This document shows positions 25,901 through 37,900 of a stretch of DNA of 64,000 bases, one piece after another. The notes under the pieces were generated by a model. It was not told where the DNA came from. It searched no databases and was given only the letters and a program-made list of their open reading frames with translations. Made by a program: the position numbers and the translations under genes. Positions within the stretch are counted from its first letter, which is position 1; each line of letters opens with the position of its first letter. The stretch lies in assembly GCA_000388065.2 (NCBI GenBank), contig KB932203.1; one strand, given 5' to 3'. The DNA is from Fonticula alba ATCC 38817 (Eukaryota; Protista; Nucleariida).

Positions 25901-26207
25901 CACAAGAGAGGGTGCACAGGGAGGGACCGGGAATCGGGACGAATGGGCGCCCCTCCCCCCGGGAGAAGGGGTGTTTACGATCTTGATATGTCTATTCGGG
26001 CGCGCCGGGGATCGCGGGAGCGTCCCACAGGATGTCCGGGGGGGGGGGGCCGGGGCGGTAGCGCCNNNNNNNNNNNNNNNNNNNNNNNNNNCCCGGGCGG
26101 ATCAGCGAGCACCCCCCCCCCACCCCCAACATGTGCGCATGCACACCGGGCGCACACACACGGGCGGGCAAACTGGCGAACAAAAAGCAAGCAGCTATGC
26201 CGAGGCT

Positions 26208-27532
26208 TCAGGCGGCACTTCCCGGCATCGGACGGATGCTGATTTCCTCGCTGGAGGCAAGGGTGGTAACCTGGCCGGTGGCGGTGTTTCGCACAACCAG
26301 CTCGCCGAGCGGGGAAATGGACATGCCAATGGCCTCGAAGGCCCCCGGCGGCAGGAGCCCGGCGGCGGCGCCGGCCCCACGGTCTGACTCGGCCACCGGC
26401 GCCGGGGTGCTGGAGTGCGGCACGTAGGAGGGGGAAATCAACAGCCGACGGCCGACCGCACAATCGAGCCCCTGCATGGTGGTGATGGTATGGGCCATCG
26501 GCCGAGACAGCAGGTCCTCCAGGTGGTTGAGGAAGGAGGCCAGCACCAGCTCGCGCGGGATGAAATCCCCGGAGCCCGGTGCGTGGAAGGCCTGCTCACG
26601 CAGGCTGGTCGGCCGCGAGCTAAATGCCCGCATGGCCGAAGGGGAAGAGCTACATGCGTCCGGTCGAGAGCGGTAACGGCGCAAGGCCCGGGGCCGGCCA
26701 GGAGGGGCAGGGGGGGGAGTCAGGGGAGGGGCAAAAAGGCGAATGCAAGAGCAGGGGCCGAGGCCGAGGTGGAGGCCAGGCAGGGCAGGTGCAGGGGAAG
26801 GAGGAAAGGCCGACGACGGCGCGCCGAGCCGGCCACCAAACGCCAAGCCCGAGCGTACATGACCTCCGGCACATTGTTGACATTGATGCCGACGCCAATC
26901 ATCACACCGAAGCCCGCGCCGTTGGGGAGCATGGACGACCGGGCCAGCATGCCGGCGCACTTGCGGCCGCCGATCCACACGTCATTCGGCCACTTGAGGA
27001 CCGGCTCCAGCGAGCCGGACCAGCCATCGGCCGTGGTCCCGAGCCCGGCCGGCGAGCCGGTGACCGAGCGCAGCGCATCACGCGCGGCCAGCACCGTCGC
27101 CGACGCCGCGGCCGGGAGCATTTGCATCAGTGTCTCCGGCCGGGGGACCACCAGCAGCAGGGTGACATAGAGGTTCCCCCGGCTGCCGGCGTCCGGGTTG
27201 CCGGGAGCCAGGAGAGCCGGCTCGGTGGCGCCAGCCCCGGCGGAGTCCCAGCTCCGGCCGGCCGTGCGCGCGACGCCGGCCGTTTGCGAATCGGCCCCGA
27301 TCAGGAGCCCGGCCACGGCGGCGGCGCCCCCGGGGGGCGGCGCCCCCGGCCCCGGGGCCCGGAAGGGGAACGCCTCGTCCAACAGGTCCTGGCCCACGCG
27401 CATGGTGGACTCCGTGACATTGAGCCAGTGCAAACGACGTCCGAGCTCGGCCGTACGCAAGTGCCGCAGGAAGAGCTTGGAGCTGAAGGAGCCAGCCAGA
27501 ACCCCGGCTGTTGATGTGGAGGTCGGGGACAT
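26208..27532 (-). CDS. BPL1: Biotin--protein ligase (BirA/holocarboxylase synthetase catalytic type), 371 aa, 2 exons
   Basis: complement(join(26208..26649,26859..27532)) = 1116 nt, phase-2 intron. Motifs TESTM, ADSQTAGVAR, GNLYVTLL, LKWPNDVWIGGRKCAGML, GVGINVN, TSL, and a C-terminal SH3-like segment (SISPLGELVV). Confidence 0.92.
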
Positions 27533-27891
27533 GATTCGCCGGGGGGGGGCAAGGGATGGTGCAGGAAGCGCAGAGAGGGGGGGCGGGGCGGGGCAGGAGA
27601 GGGGGGGCGGAATGGCAGAATACCCATCAGGCCCCCGAGGAGGATGGCACTCGCGGAAATACTCCACTCCGCAGCCCCCCCCCCCCCAGAGCCGGGCAGA
27701 CGAGTCACGCACGGACGAAGCCCGGCAAAAAAGGCCCACCCCCACGAGGCCCAAGGGGGCGGGGACTGGGCGGGGGGAACACCAGGCCCCCCCCCCCCCC
27801 CGGAGCACACCACACTGGCGAGGATCGACCATCGATCGGGGCCCGGGAAGAAATGGCAGGTCTATTGGTTGGCAGCCCACGGGGCCGGAAA

Positions 27892-30800
27892 TCAGCTCTC
27901 ACGCCTGAGGGGCCTGTGTGGCGCCGATCGTGCGGCCGGCGTTGCCCGGCCACCAGAGGGCCCCCCCGGTGGCGGGGCGGCCGATGCGGCACCGCGCAAA
28001 TACGCCCCACCGGGAGGCCCAGCACGTAGTGAGCCCCGGGTCTGGGGATCCAGGCCACGAATGAAGAAGAGCAGGACAGCCTCATCGTCGGACCCGAAAA
28101 CGCGCCAACCTGGACGCCGGGGCGAGCCAGCGGGCGCCGGAGCCGGGGGAGCTGCCACCGCCGCCGCCGCCGCCGCCGCCGGACCCCAAGTCATATCACC
28201 CTCGGTGCTGGCCACAGTAATGTCGGCCAGGGGTGGCGGCGGCGGTGGCAGCGGCGGCGGCGGGAGCGGTGGCCCCGCCGAAGCAGACGCCGCTGACGCC
28301 GATGCCGATGCCGATGCCGATGCCGATGCCGATGCCGATGGCTGCGAGGGCCCTGCAGCTCGCGCAGAAAAATCGCACCCATCTTGGAGGGCGGTGCCGC
28401 TGCCGAGCGACGGGGCTGACCGATCTCTCAAGGGGACATGGCCCTCGGACCTGGGTTCGGAGTTGATGGACCCGCTTTCGATGATGACGAAGGACTCCAG
28501 GGAGGAACTCCGCGAAAGTGACACCGAAGGGGGGGACAGCGGGATGGCGGGGGCGGCAGGAGGCGCCGCTGGCGGCTGTGCCGGCGGCAGTGACGTGCGG
28601 AAGCGCAGCCAACTGGGAAGGACGCCGGGCGGGGAAAAGGCCCCACTAGGCGAGAGCGATGTCCCGGTTTCCGCCAGCAGAGGAGCGGCCTTGGCGGCGA
28701 ACCCCGGCAGCGGGATGGGCGAGGCCATGGACGGGACCCGGCACCGGGCCGCGAAGCGAATCTTGCACACCTGGCAGGGGAGGTTGTTGGATACCACCGG
28801 ACCGGTGCTCGAATTGGCCGGAGGCTCGGGCTCCGGGGGCAGGCTCGTGGTCTGCCAGGCGGCCCCGGCGGCACTGCCCCCTGGGGGTTGCTTGTGCTGC
28901 TGCTGCTGCTGCTGCTGCTGCTGCGGGCCATTCGGTGCCTTGAGGCCGAGCAAACGGATGAAGGCCCGTGCCCGGGTGGCCGGGTTGGCCAGCTCCACGT
29001 TGGTGATGATGTCCGGCGAGAGGCGATCAGCCGAGAGCCCATACCCGGCGAGGAGATTCAGCAGCTCCGTGGGGGTTTGCGATTGGGGCAGGACCACGGC
29101 CGACTGGAGGAAGGTGAAGAAGAGCTTGGCCAGGCTGCGCGTGGCGGGGGACAAGAGCGGTCCGGGGTAAATGACCAGGCAGGGCCGCCGGCGGCAGGGC
29201 GCGCGATGGGGCATCCACGCACTTCATCCATTCCTCCTTGAAAATGAGCAACTGCAATTCAAAGAGATTCCCCTCGGAGGTCAGGTCCAGGAGGGCCGCC
29301 AGGCCCAGGGCATAGCTGTTCGCTTGGGCCGGATCATAGTGCGAGTAGCCGTCACGATAGGAAAACAGCGACAGGGCTTTGGGGGGAGCTGCAGTGGCGG
29401 CGGATGTGTCAGACCCCGGCCCGGCTCGGCCACGAAGCGCGGCTGCTACTGTCAAAGCCGGCAAGCAGACAGCCACAATCGACCGCATCAAGGGAAGGGC
29501 CAGCACGCACCGAAGGAGGATACCGCCTGCGGGGGGGTCGAAAAGGCCGGCCTGGCGTGCATCGCCTCGAGCGTCGGCCGCGGGGGGCGCTGCGGCGGCT
29601 TGGCCGAGTTCAGGTGCAGCGGCCCACCCGGCACCGGGGCCAGAGTCAAGGAGGAAGTCAGAGGCAGGAACAGCGACCAGAGAGTGGACTTGGATGTCTC
29701 GGCCGGCCGGGCGGCCGGGCCGGCCGGGCCACTGTCACAAAGCGGCGCGTCGGCCGTCAGCCGCAGGGCAAACAGGTCTTCGACTCGATGCCGCGGGCCG
29801 CCAATGCCGAGCGCGCCGGTGGGCGACGCGCCGCCCTGGCTCAGCAGCGCGTCGACCGTCGCGCCGGACAGGCTGGTTGGCAGGATGTCTGACCAGAGAA
29901 GCGGCACGAGCCGAGGTGAGCAGCAGAGACAGGCCAAACCACCGCAGGGTAGACGGAAAGCGCGCACCGACAATGGCATATGTGCCGGGCTGAAGGTCCG
30001 ACAGGGGGAGCGACACATCATGCGACAGGCCAAGGAGATTCGCCCTCCAGGGGGGGAGATACTCCGAGCTGAAGACACGCTGATGGATGCACCCCGGGGG
30101 GAGGAGCTCCTAAAGGGGAGGGAGGGGGGGCCGACAAACGCACGCGGTTAGCCGGACGAGGGGGACCCGCGGACGGGGAGAAGAGGAAAGAGATTGCAAG
30201 GAGAAAAAAGCACCAGCCAGACAACACGCACCGCCAGAAGTAGAAGCACCGAGCGGGTAATCCCGAGACATGGTCCGCGCACGATGACTTGGTTTCCGAC
30301 GCACAGATGGTGCAGAAGCAGGATGAAGGGTGCCTGGCCGCCGAGCAGCTGACGAAAGATGTGCACCGAGTCGAAGACCGGATGTGCCGATCCGAGCTCG
30401 TCCTCCTCCTCGACTGTCTCATGCACCACGGGGAGGGAGCAGGGGAGATCCCGTCAGTGGCGGCTGGTCACCATAGGATGGCCCAAAGGGGGGCACAAGG
30501 CGGGGCAGGAGGGCGGTGGGCAGCGGCTCGACGCACACGTGCCGGCCGGCAGGCTGCTGCCGAGTAGGCGTGGCCCCGGCGGCGGGGCTTGGCTTGGCGG
30601 CTCGAAGGAGGCCAGCGCAATGGCAAGCTGCCCATGGAGGGCCACCAGCGAGTCGTGTGCCAAGGCCCGGGCCTCGGCCTCCCCGGGCCAGAACCGCACG
30701 CTCACAATGGCACGGCTGCCGGGACCGGGGGTCGGCCGCCCGGCCTCGCGCCCGGCCGATGCCAGCAGCAAGTGTCCGCCCACACCAACTAGATGTGCAA

Positions 30801-31912
30801 GGCTCCACCAGCCATCACGCCCGGCCAGGCGGCTGGGCATGGTCCCGGTCGCCCGGGGGGGGTGGATTCCCGACGAGTCGACCTGGTACTTGGCCGACAG
30901 CTTGTACTCGAACTGGAAGAGGGACTCGGCCTGGAAGCACAAATCCGAGGCGATGGCCTTGAGGTTGCTGCATCGAGAGGCCAAAGCGTCAGGCAAGAAG
31001 GTTAGCTCCCCGCTTGACGGGGGGGAGGGGGGGGGGGCAGCGGCGGCGGCGGCGGCGGCAAGACACACCTTGCAATTTCCTCCGAGTGAAGTGTGATTTG
31101 CGACCGGTCGGAGGACAGCAGGATCAGCGAGTACTTGCGCACTCGGCCACGACACGAGAAATCCCGCACGGAAAAGAGGTACGCCAGGGCCGTGCCGCAG
31201 GAGGCAAGGCCGCCCCAGCCTGGGCAGTTGTCATGTTGCGATGGACGGCCAGAGCCCGAGGGCGGAAGCCACAGGGGACCCAAGTCCAGGGAAGACGCGC
31301 TGCCGCTGGGACCCGGCCCGCCGGCCGAAGTGAAGCCACTGTTGGTGGGGGACTCGGAAAAGAGGAAGAGGCCGCGGTTCTCCGGCAGGAAGCCATGACA
31401 CATACTGCGCCGAGGTGAGGAAGAGCACAATCAGGGAAGGCAGGGACTGAGATCCACCAACGGGGCAAGATCCCGGGCGCACCTGCGCACGCATGCGTGC
31501 TGCACGCAAGAGTAGAGCCGCGCATCGAACGGTCCCCGTGGCGTGGTGAGGAGGTACTCCCCGGCTTCGGGCCCGGCGTCAGGAACCGGAGACGCAAGGA
31601 ACTGGCCGGGGGAGATGCAGGGGGGGGGGGGTTAGGGGAGGATGGGAATGCGCTTGTGGCGCAGGGGTTCGGGCACATAGACGACGCATGAGGGACGAGG
31701 CGCAAGCGCACGGGGACATCGCGTGGGAAGAGGTCACACCACGAGCATGGATTCCGGGCGGGCGGGTCGCCAGGGTCGCCGGACAGCTCGGCGGCCGCGG
31801 CCGCGGCCGCCAGCTCTCCTACCGCGTGCGCGGAGGCCAACTGTGTGCAGGTCACAATCGAGGGGCCATGTTGCTCGCAGAAAACACACAGCGCCAGCAG
31901 GGGAGAACTCAT
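27892..31912 (-). CDS. FLCN: Folliculin (FLCN/Lst7 family), multi-exon
   Basis: Collinear family motifs: LALCVFCEQHGP...CSWC; LYSCVQHACVRS; FSVRDFSCRGRVRKYSLIL; VFDSVHIFRQLLGG...HLCVGNQVIVRG; NLLGLSHDV; LIFKEEWMK; LAKLFFTF; DDEAVLLFFIRGL. These match human LCHFCELHGP, ACVRSLS, DSLARGFQRWYS, MGNQVIW, LKEEWMNK, VKLLKFWMTGL as recalled. Internal exon limits partly approximate. Confidence 0.92.
28297..28339 (-). repeat. (GCCGAT)n hexamer repeat encoding a poly(Ser-Ala) tract in FLCN
   Basis: Direct sequence; minus-strand frame reads SASASASASAS. Confidence 0.9.
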
Positions 31913-32570
31913 CCTGCCGGTGGGCAATCCCGGGGGCCGGAGCTCACCCAACCCTATTGGGGGCGACTGGCGACTGGCCGCGCCAAGTGGGTGAGCGAGT
32001 CAACGGGAGGGAAACCGAGAGGGGAGCGGGAAGAGGCGGAGAGCTGCGTGTCAAGAGGGGGGGGGGGGCACGGAGGGGCAGGAGGGAGGGGCAGGAGGGA
32101 GGGAGGTGACTGGCACACGGGGGCTGGCCCCCCGGGAAGGACTGACACTGTTGCCCCCGAAAAAAGCCTCCCCCCCTCGCCGGTGCTCGAGATCTGCCGC
32201 GCGGCAGGTCATGGACGCCCCCCTCACATGGAGAGAGGTCATGCCCGATCACTCGGTAAGCCAAGTCCCAACGCATGGCCGGGGACAGCCCGCGCCCCTG
32301 CCAGGGAGAGCCCGTAGACGGCGGCGCCTGCCGGGCGCAGCAGCCGGCCGTCTCGCGGGAGGGGGCGGCGGCGGGGGGGAACTAGCAGGGGCTCGGCTCT
32401 TGTGAGAGCCAACGCGCCCGGGGGCGGGACCGGCCCGTCGCGGGGGCAAGGGCAGATGGCGGGCAATTTTTGGCCTGGCGTCAGGCGCAGCGCCCCAGGG
32501 AGGCCCTTATCCAGATACACACACACACACACACGCGCGCGCGCGNNNNNNNNNNNNNNCCCCCCCCCCT

Positions 32571-32605
<35 letters not shown>

Positions 32606-32699
32606 CTCTCGCCCCACAACATATACACATCCCCGTGCCAGCGTCGCAGGATTCTCGCCCCTCCAGCGCCACCCTGCTGCCCTGGGCCGCCCCCGCGCC

Positions 32700-33090
32700 A
32701 TGCCACTCGACAGTCAGTCGGCCGAGGCCGGCTTTCTGGACCTCGCCCCGCAGGAGGGCCCGACCATGGAGGCGCTCCTGCCGGCACTCTTTCCGCCGCC
32801 GGCCGGGGCTCCCCTCCCGGGTGGTCTGGAACCCGGGGTGGAGCTCCACCGCCGACCGGTTTGCCAATTGGAGATCGCCTCGCTTCCTGGTGGTGACTTT
32901 GGCGGCACGCCGGAGAGCCGCACCGCCGATGGGCCGGATGCGGAGGATCAATCTCTCGTGGCCCGGCTGCTGGCCAGCATTTCGGCGGCCTTCCCCTGTG
33001 CGTTCGATGCCGGTTCATGCGGTGGGCTTTGGCGTGGTCGTGCTCTCTTCCCTTCTTCCTCTCCCTTTTCTCCCCCTCCCCCAGCTTGGG

Positions 33091-33121
<31 letters not shown>

Positions 33122-34896
33122 CGTGTGTCTGGCCGCAACACTGCCCTGACTCGAGTTCGATCACCCAGGGGCGCCTGATGCCTCGCCCCCGGAAACCGGA
33201 CCTCCGCACCCCATTCTCCCGGCCAGTCTGATCAGCCGCCTTAGCCCGGCCATGCCTCTGCGCATGGATGCCGCCCCGGTGGCCCTCCCTGGGACCGATT
33301 GCGCGAGTTTCCTCCCCCCGGCGGCGGCTCACCTGCTGCTGACCTATCCCACTGTGCCGCGCCCGGGCCCCGACCAGGCAGCCCCGGTGCAGGCCCAGGT
33401 TTTGGTCCTCCCCACCAGTGAGGCCATTTTCCAGGCCACCCTGCCTGAGGAGATGTTCGGCCTGGCCCCAGCCGGTCCGGGCCAGCCCGGCCTGCCGGAT
33501 CCCCTCCGGCGGCTGGCATTGGTCCGGGCAAGCCCCAGACCAACAGGCCAATCCCTGGGTCTGGCCACACACAACGGCTCGGCGGCCTTCTTCGCACTGC
33601 ACCAGCCGGCGCATTTCCTCGGCGCGGTGCTCAATGACTTCACCGCGCAGCCCGGCTGCGGGGACATCGTTGATGCGGTGATCGTCGATCGGTGCGCCCC
33701 CGCCTTGGCCATTTACGGCTGGCAGCATGCCCACGTCCCTGTCTCATGTGTCTGGTTGTTGACTTTGCCCATCCCCGCCGTGCAGCCCGAATGCCCCGGC
33801 CCCCCGGCCAACACACGAGGTGTTCCTTGCCCGTGCTGGCGGCTTCGTGGATCAGATTCTGGTGTGTGTCGGCTCGCGAATGCCACCGGCCGGCCGCGAG
33901 GCGACATGGCCCGGGCTGGCCGGTCCTCCGGGGCCGGTGCAAGTGTCTCGCTGCTGGGATCTGCGCTCGATTGCCGCCGACCTGCCGGGCCCCTCTCCCC
34001 GGGGCTTTTCCTTTATCGTATGTCTCGGCCTTGGGTGGGAAGAAGACGCAAAAAAAAGGGGCGGGGGGGGGGGGGGGGGGGGGGAGCATCAGCCGGGGGA
34101 GACCCATGCCCAAGTGCCTTCATTCCATGCTAACCGTGGCGCGTCCGTCATGCCAGTCGGCCATCGATGCCACCCCGGGCGGGCTGCTTGCCGTGGCTGG
34201 CTCCGACCTCGGTGGCCGTGCACTTGTCTGCGCCTTCCGCATGAGCTCGGCCTCGGGGGACTTGGAGCTCCTGGGCTTTGCCGGCGCCGCGGACTTCCCC
34301 ACCCGGCTGGAAACCCTCCCACAGGCCGCCAAGCCAGCTGCCGCCCGGGCAGCGGGCCTTTCCCGGTCCGCCGGTGAAGGTGGCGTCCTGTGGCGCGTGC
34401 CGGCGATGGATTTGCGGCCGGATGCCAAGCGCGCGCGCGAACTGGATCGCCTCGTGGCCATTCGCCGGGACCTCCCCCTGCCAATGGGTGCCCTTGTCTC
34501 GGCGGCCGGGCGCAAGCGCGCGCGCGGCCGAACCGGCTCGGCCATCTCCAGCGCCGACCCCACAGCCGGGTACTTCCTGCAGTGTCGCCTGCGGCCGCTG
34601 GCCGTCGCCTCCGATGCCCTGGCCGAGGTGCTGGTCCTTGGGGCCGGCGGCCGACAATTGGCGATCTTTGCCACCGCCACCGCCACCGATGGCGAGCACC
34701 TCCGCCCGGTGGCCCTGGGCCCTGGCGACGAGGTGGCCACGGCAGTTTGGTGGGGCCGGGCAACGGCCCTGTGCACAACCACCTCCGGCGGATGGCGGCT
34801 CTTGCGCCTGCCTAGCCCGGACCTCGACAGCCCCCTGGTCGGTGGCACCTCGGCCGGCGATTCCCTTCCGCTGCGGACTTCCGATTTGGGGGCCTG

Positions 34897-34932
<36 letters not shown>

Positions 34933-37900
34933 CACCATGGCGATGGCGGTGCCACCGACGGCCTCGCCCAATGCAGCGGGCTCGGCCATCCTGGCCGGCG
35001 CCGGCCTGTCGGCCATCATGCCGTACCTGTCCGACATGTCGGCCGTCCTGCAATCACTATCACTGCTGCTGTCGGGCGATGGGTCCCCGCCGCGGGACAG
35101 CTCGCTCCTGGACCTGGCCCCTCTTGTCAGTCCCCTGCTGGTGGTGGACACCGTGCCGCTGAGTACCCGTCCGGCCGGGCAGCAGCAGCAGCAGCAGCAG
35201 CAGTTACTGCTGGCGGCCGAGGCCGATGGTCAACCGCTTGCGCACCGTCTCCTTCGCCTGCTCCAGGGTCTGCTGTTCGCCACGCCGGCGCCGGCGCCGA
35301 TGTCCCCGGCGCTGGCCCGCGCATCTGCTGCCGCTGCGGCGGCTGCCGCGCCGGCCGCCGGCTCGGGCCCCGGGGCGCCCCCCCGGGAGGACCTCTTCCG
35401 CTATCGTGTTTCCCTGTCGGCGCTCTTCGGCCTGACGCTCGCGGACCGGGTACGCGATGCTTGCCAGGCTGGGGACTTCGACCGGGCCCTGGCTCTGGTC
35501 CAGGACGAGGGCCCGAGCAACGCCGGCCTGCGCGATGCGGTGCTCGGCTGTCGATTCTGGCACATGACCCTGGATCCGGCGGCCGGCAAGCTTCGTGGGG
35601 ACTTGTCAGCCCAAGCCATTCAGGCGGCCGCGGAAGACTCGCCACTGGCTCGGGATATCCGCGACCGGGCGCTCGGCGCTCTGACCCCGGCCATGGAGCC
35701 CCTCCTGGCGGCCGGTCTGTGCGCCTGGCGCCCTGTCGGAACGCTGCTCGAGCGGGCCGCTCTCCTGGATGTCGGCCTCCAACTGACGGCTGGGCTGGAG
35801 GGCCAACCAGGAGCGGCGACCTGCCGAGCCCGGCTGCTGGCCCTGCGCCGGCGCCTGGCCGCCTTCCAGGCCATTGTCCTGGGTGATGGGCCCGGGGTCG
35901 GCATCGAGGGAGGCGCCAGCTCTCCTGGCCGGGCGGGCTTTGACCCGGTCTTTCGGGCCTTCTGCCGGGCGGATTTGCTGTATTGCGCGCGACGCCTGGC
36001 CGAGACCGGGCGCGCGGCCAGCCTGGCCGGGCTTTGCACCGCCGGGCCACGCTACACGGCCTTCTTTTGGCCCTTCCGCCGGCTGTTGCTGTGGCTGCTG
36101 CCGGCCACGGCGGATTTGGCCCCGGTACTGCGGCTCCTTCCCCGGCTGGATGCCGATGGCCGTCGTGAATTGTGGCTCGATGCCCCGGGCCCCGGGGCAG
36201 GGGCGCCGGAAGACTGGGCCGAGCGCGGGCCTGCCATGCGCGAGCGCCTGACCGATTTGGCCGAGGCCCTGGCCGGGCTCCCGGCCGGGCTGTTGGCCGG
36301 CCGGCTGACCTCGCCAGCCGGGCCCCTGTCCCGAAGCGACATGGCCCAGTGGTACCTGGCCTTTGGCCGGGACCGGGGGGCCGAGCGTGCGGCCCCTTGG
36401 GAGGGGCGCCGGGTGCTGGGCTTCGGCGTGGAGCAGGCCGGGCTCCAGGCGGAACTGGCCCCGGGCCGGGCCCTGGCCGAGGTGTACTGCGCCGTGACCC
36501 GGGGTCTGGCCCTGGCCGGGCTGCCGGCACCGACCGGGCGTCTGGCCGCCGGGTGGTCCTACCTGCTGGAACGGCCCGCCGCCGCGCGCGCGCATTGGCT
36601 CTTGCGCGCCTGCCTCGGCGGGGCCCTGCGCCCGGGGTCCGGCTCCGGGACCCCGGCTCCCGTGGAGCAAGACCGTCGTCGCCGCGCTGGCGGAGCCCTC
36701 TTCTGCCAGCTGCTGCCGGACCTGCTGGCAGCCGCGCCGGTCGACTCGACTCCGCTCTCATGCCAGCGGGTGCTGTGCGACCTGCTGCTGCACGCGGCCG
36801 CCGGGGCCCTATCGCAATCCCTTGGCCCGGCGGCCGAGATCGAGGACCGAGTCCTGGTCCTGCATCTGCTTGTGGAGATGCCCCGGAATTCGGCGGGCGG
36901 CGGGCTGCTGGATGAGCGCGCCTGGTGGCGCCTCTGTCTGGCGGCCCTGCTGGCGGAGACGGCATACTCGCGCTTTGCCGGGGCCCCGCCCAATGGTGCT
37001 GTCGCGCCGTCGGCAGCCACCCCGGGGGGGCGCCTTTCCCGCCGGCAGCGCGCGGCCGCGGCCGCCGGCACCCTGGCCCCAAGCCACGCGCAAATGCTCG
37101 CGGACGCCGAAAGCCGCCTGGTCCAGCATCTGGCCCTCGAGGCGACATCGGCCATCGATGCCGCCGCCGCCGCCGCCGCCTCCGACGCGGCTGCCATCCT
37201 CCCTGCGGCCGCCGCCACCCCCGGGCAGCAGGACGCCCTTGCGCCGCTGCATGCGCTGGCCCAACGGATTGGCCAGTTGCGCGACCTTTCGGAGGTCCTT
37301 GCCCGGGCCTGCTTCAGCCCGGGCCTCACCGGGCCGGTGGAGTTGGCTCGGCTGCTGGGCCTGGCCGGGCAGTTGCAACAGGCGTGCGAGTGGTCCGATG
37401 CCCCGAGCACCTGCCCGGATCTGGACCCGGCGATGGCGGGCAAAATTCTGCGCACCGGAGCCGGAGGGCCTGCCTCCTTGGCCCGGCGCCAGACTCGCCT
37501 GGTCCGGCGGATCTTGCAAGCGGTCAATGGCCCGGTCGGGCCGGTCGCCGGGCCCGGGCCCGGCTCCAGCCCGACCAGTGCCCCGGGTTCCGGGCAGCCA
37601 CAGGCCATGGCCTTCGATGAAACCTTCGCCCTGATGCTCGTGCTGGATGAGCACTTGGCCAGCCAGCCGGGCTGGCTGCTACCGGCGGCCGAGCACTGGC
37701 GCGAGCTGTGCTGGGTCCTCCTCACGACCAGTCGTACGCGCACCTTTGCCACATCCTCCCGCCCCCCCCCCCCTCGTCCCGCTTTTGCACTTTGCTTTTC
37801 CGCCATTGCCCGGCTGACGCAAGTGCCCCCACGCCCCCCTTTCATCGGATGCACTGGCCTCCCCTCCCCCCCCCCTCCCCCGCCTTTGTTGCAGGGTTCT

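Noticed and set aside
27644-29170. 508-aa plus-strand ORF with poly(DA) and polyC tracts
   Set aside because: Antisense read of the FLCN insert; the repeats are reverse complements of (SA)n and polyQ.
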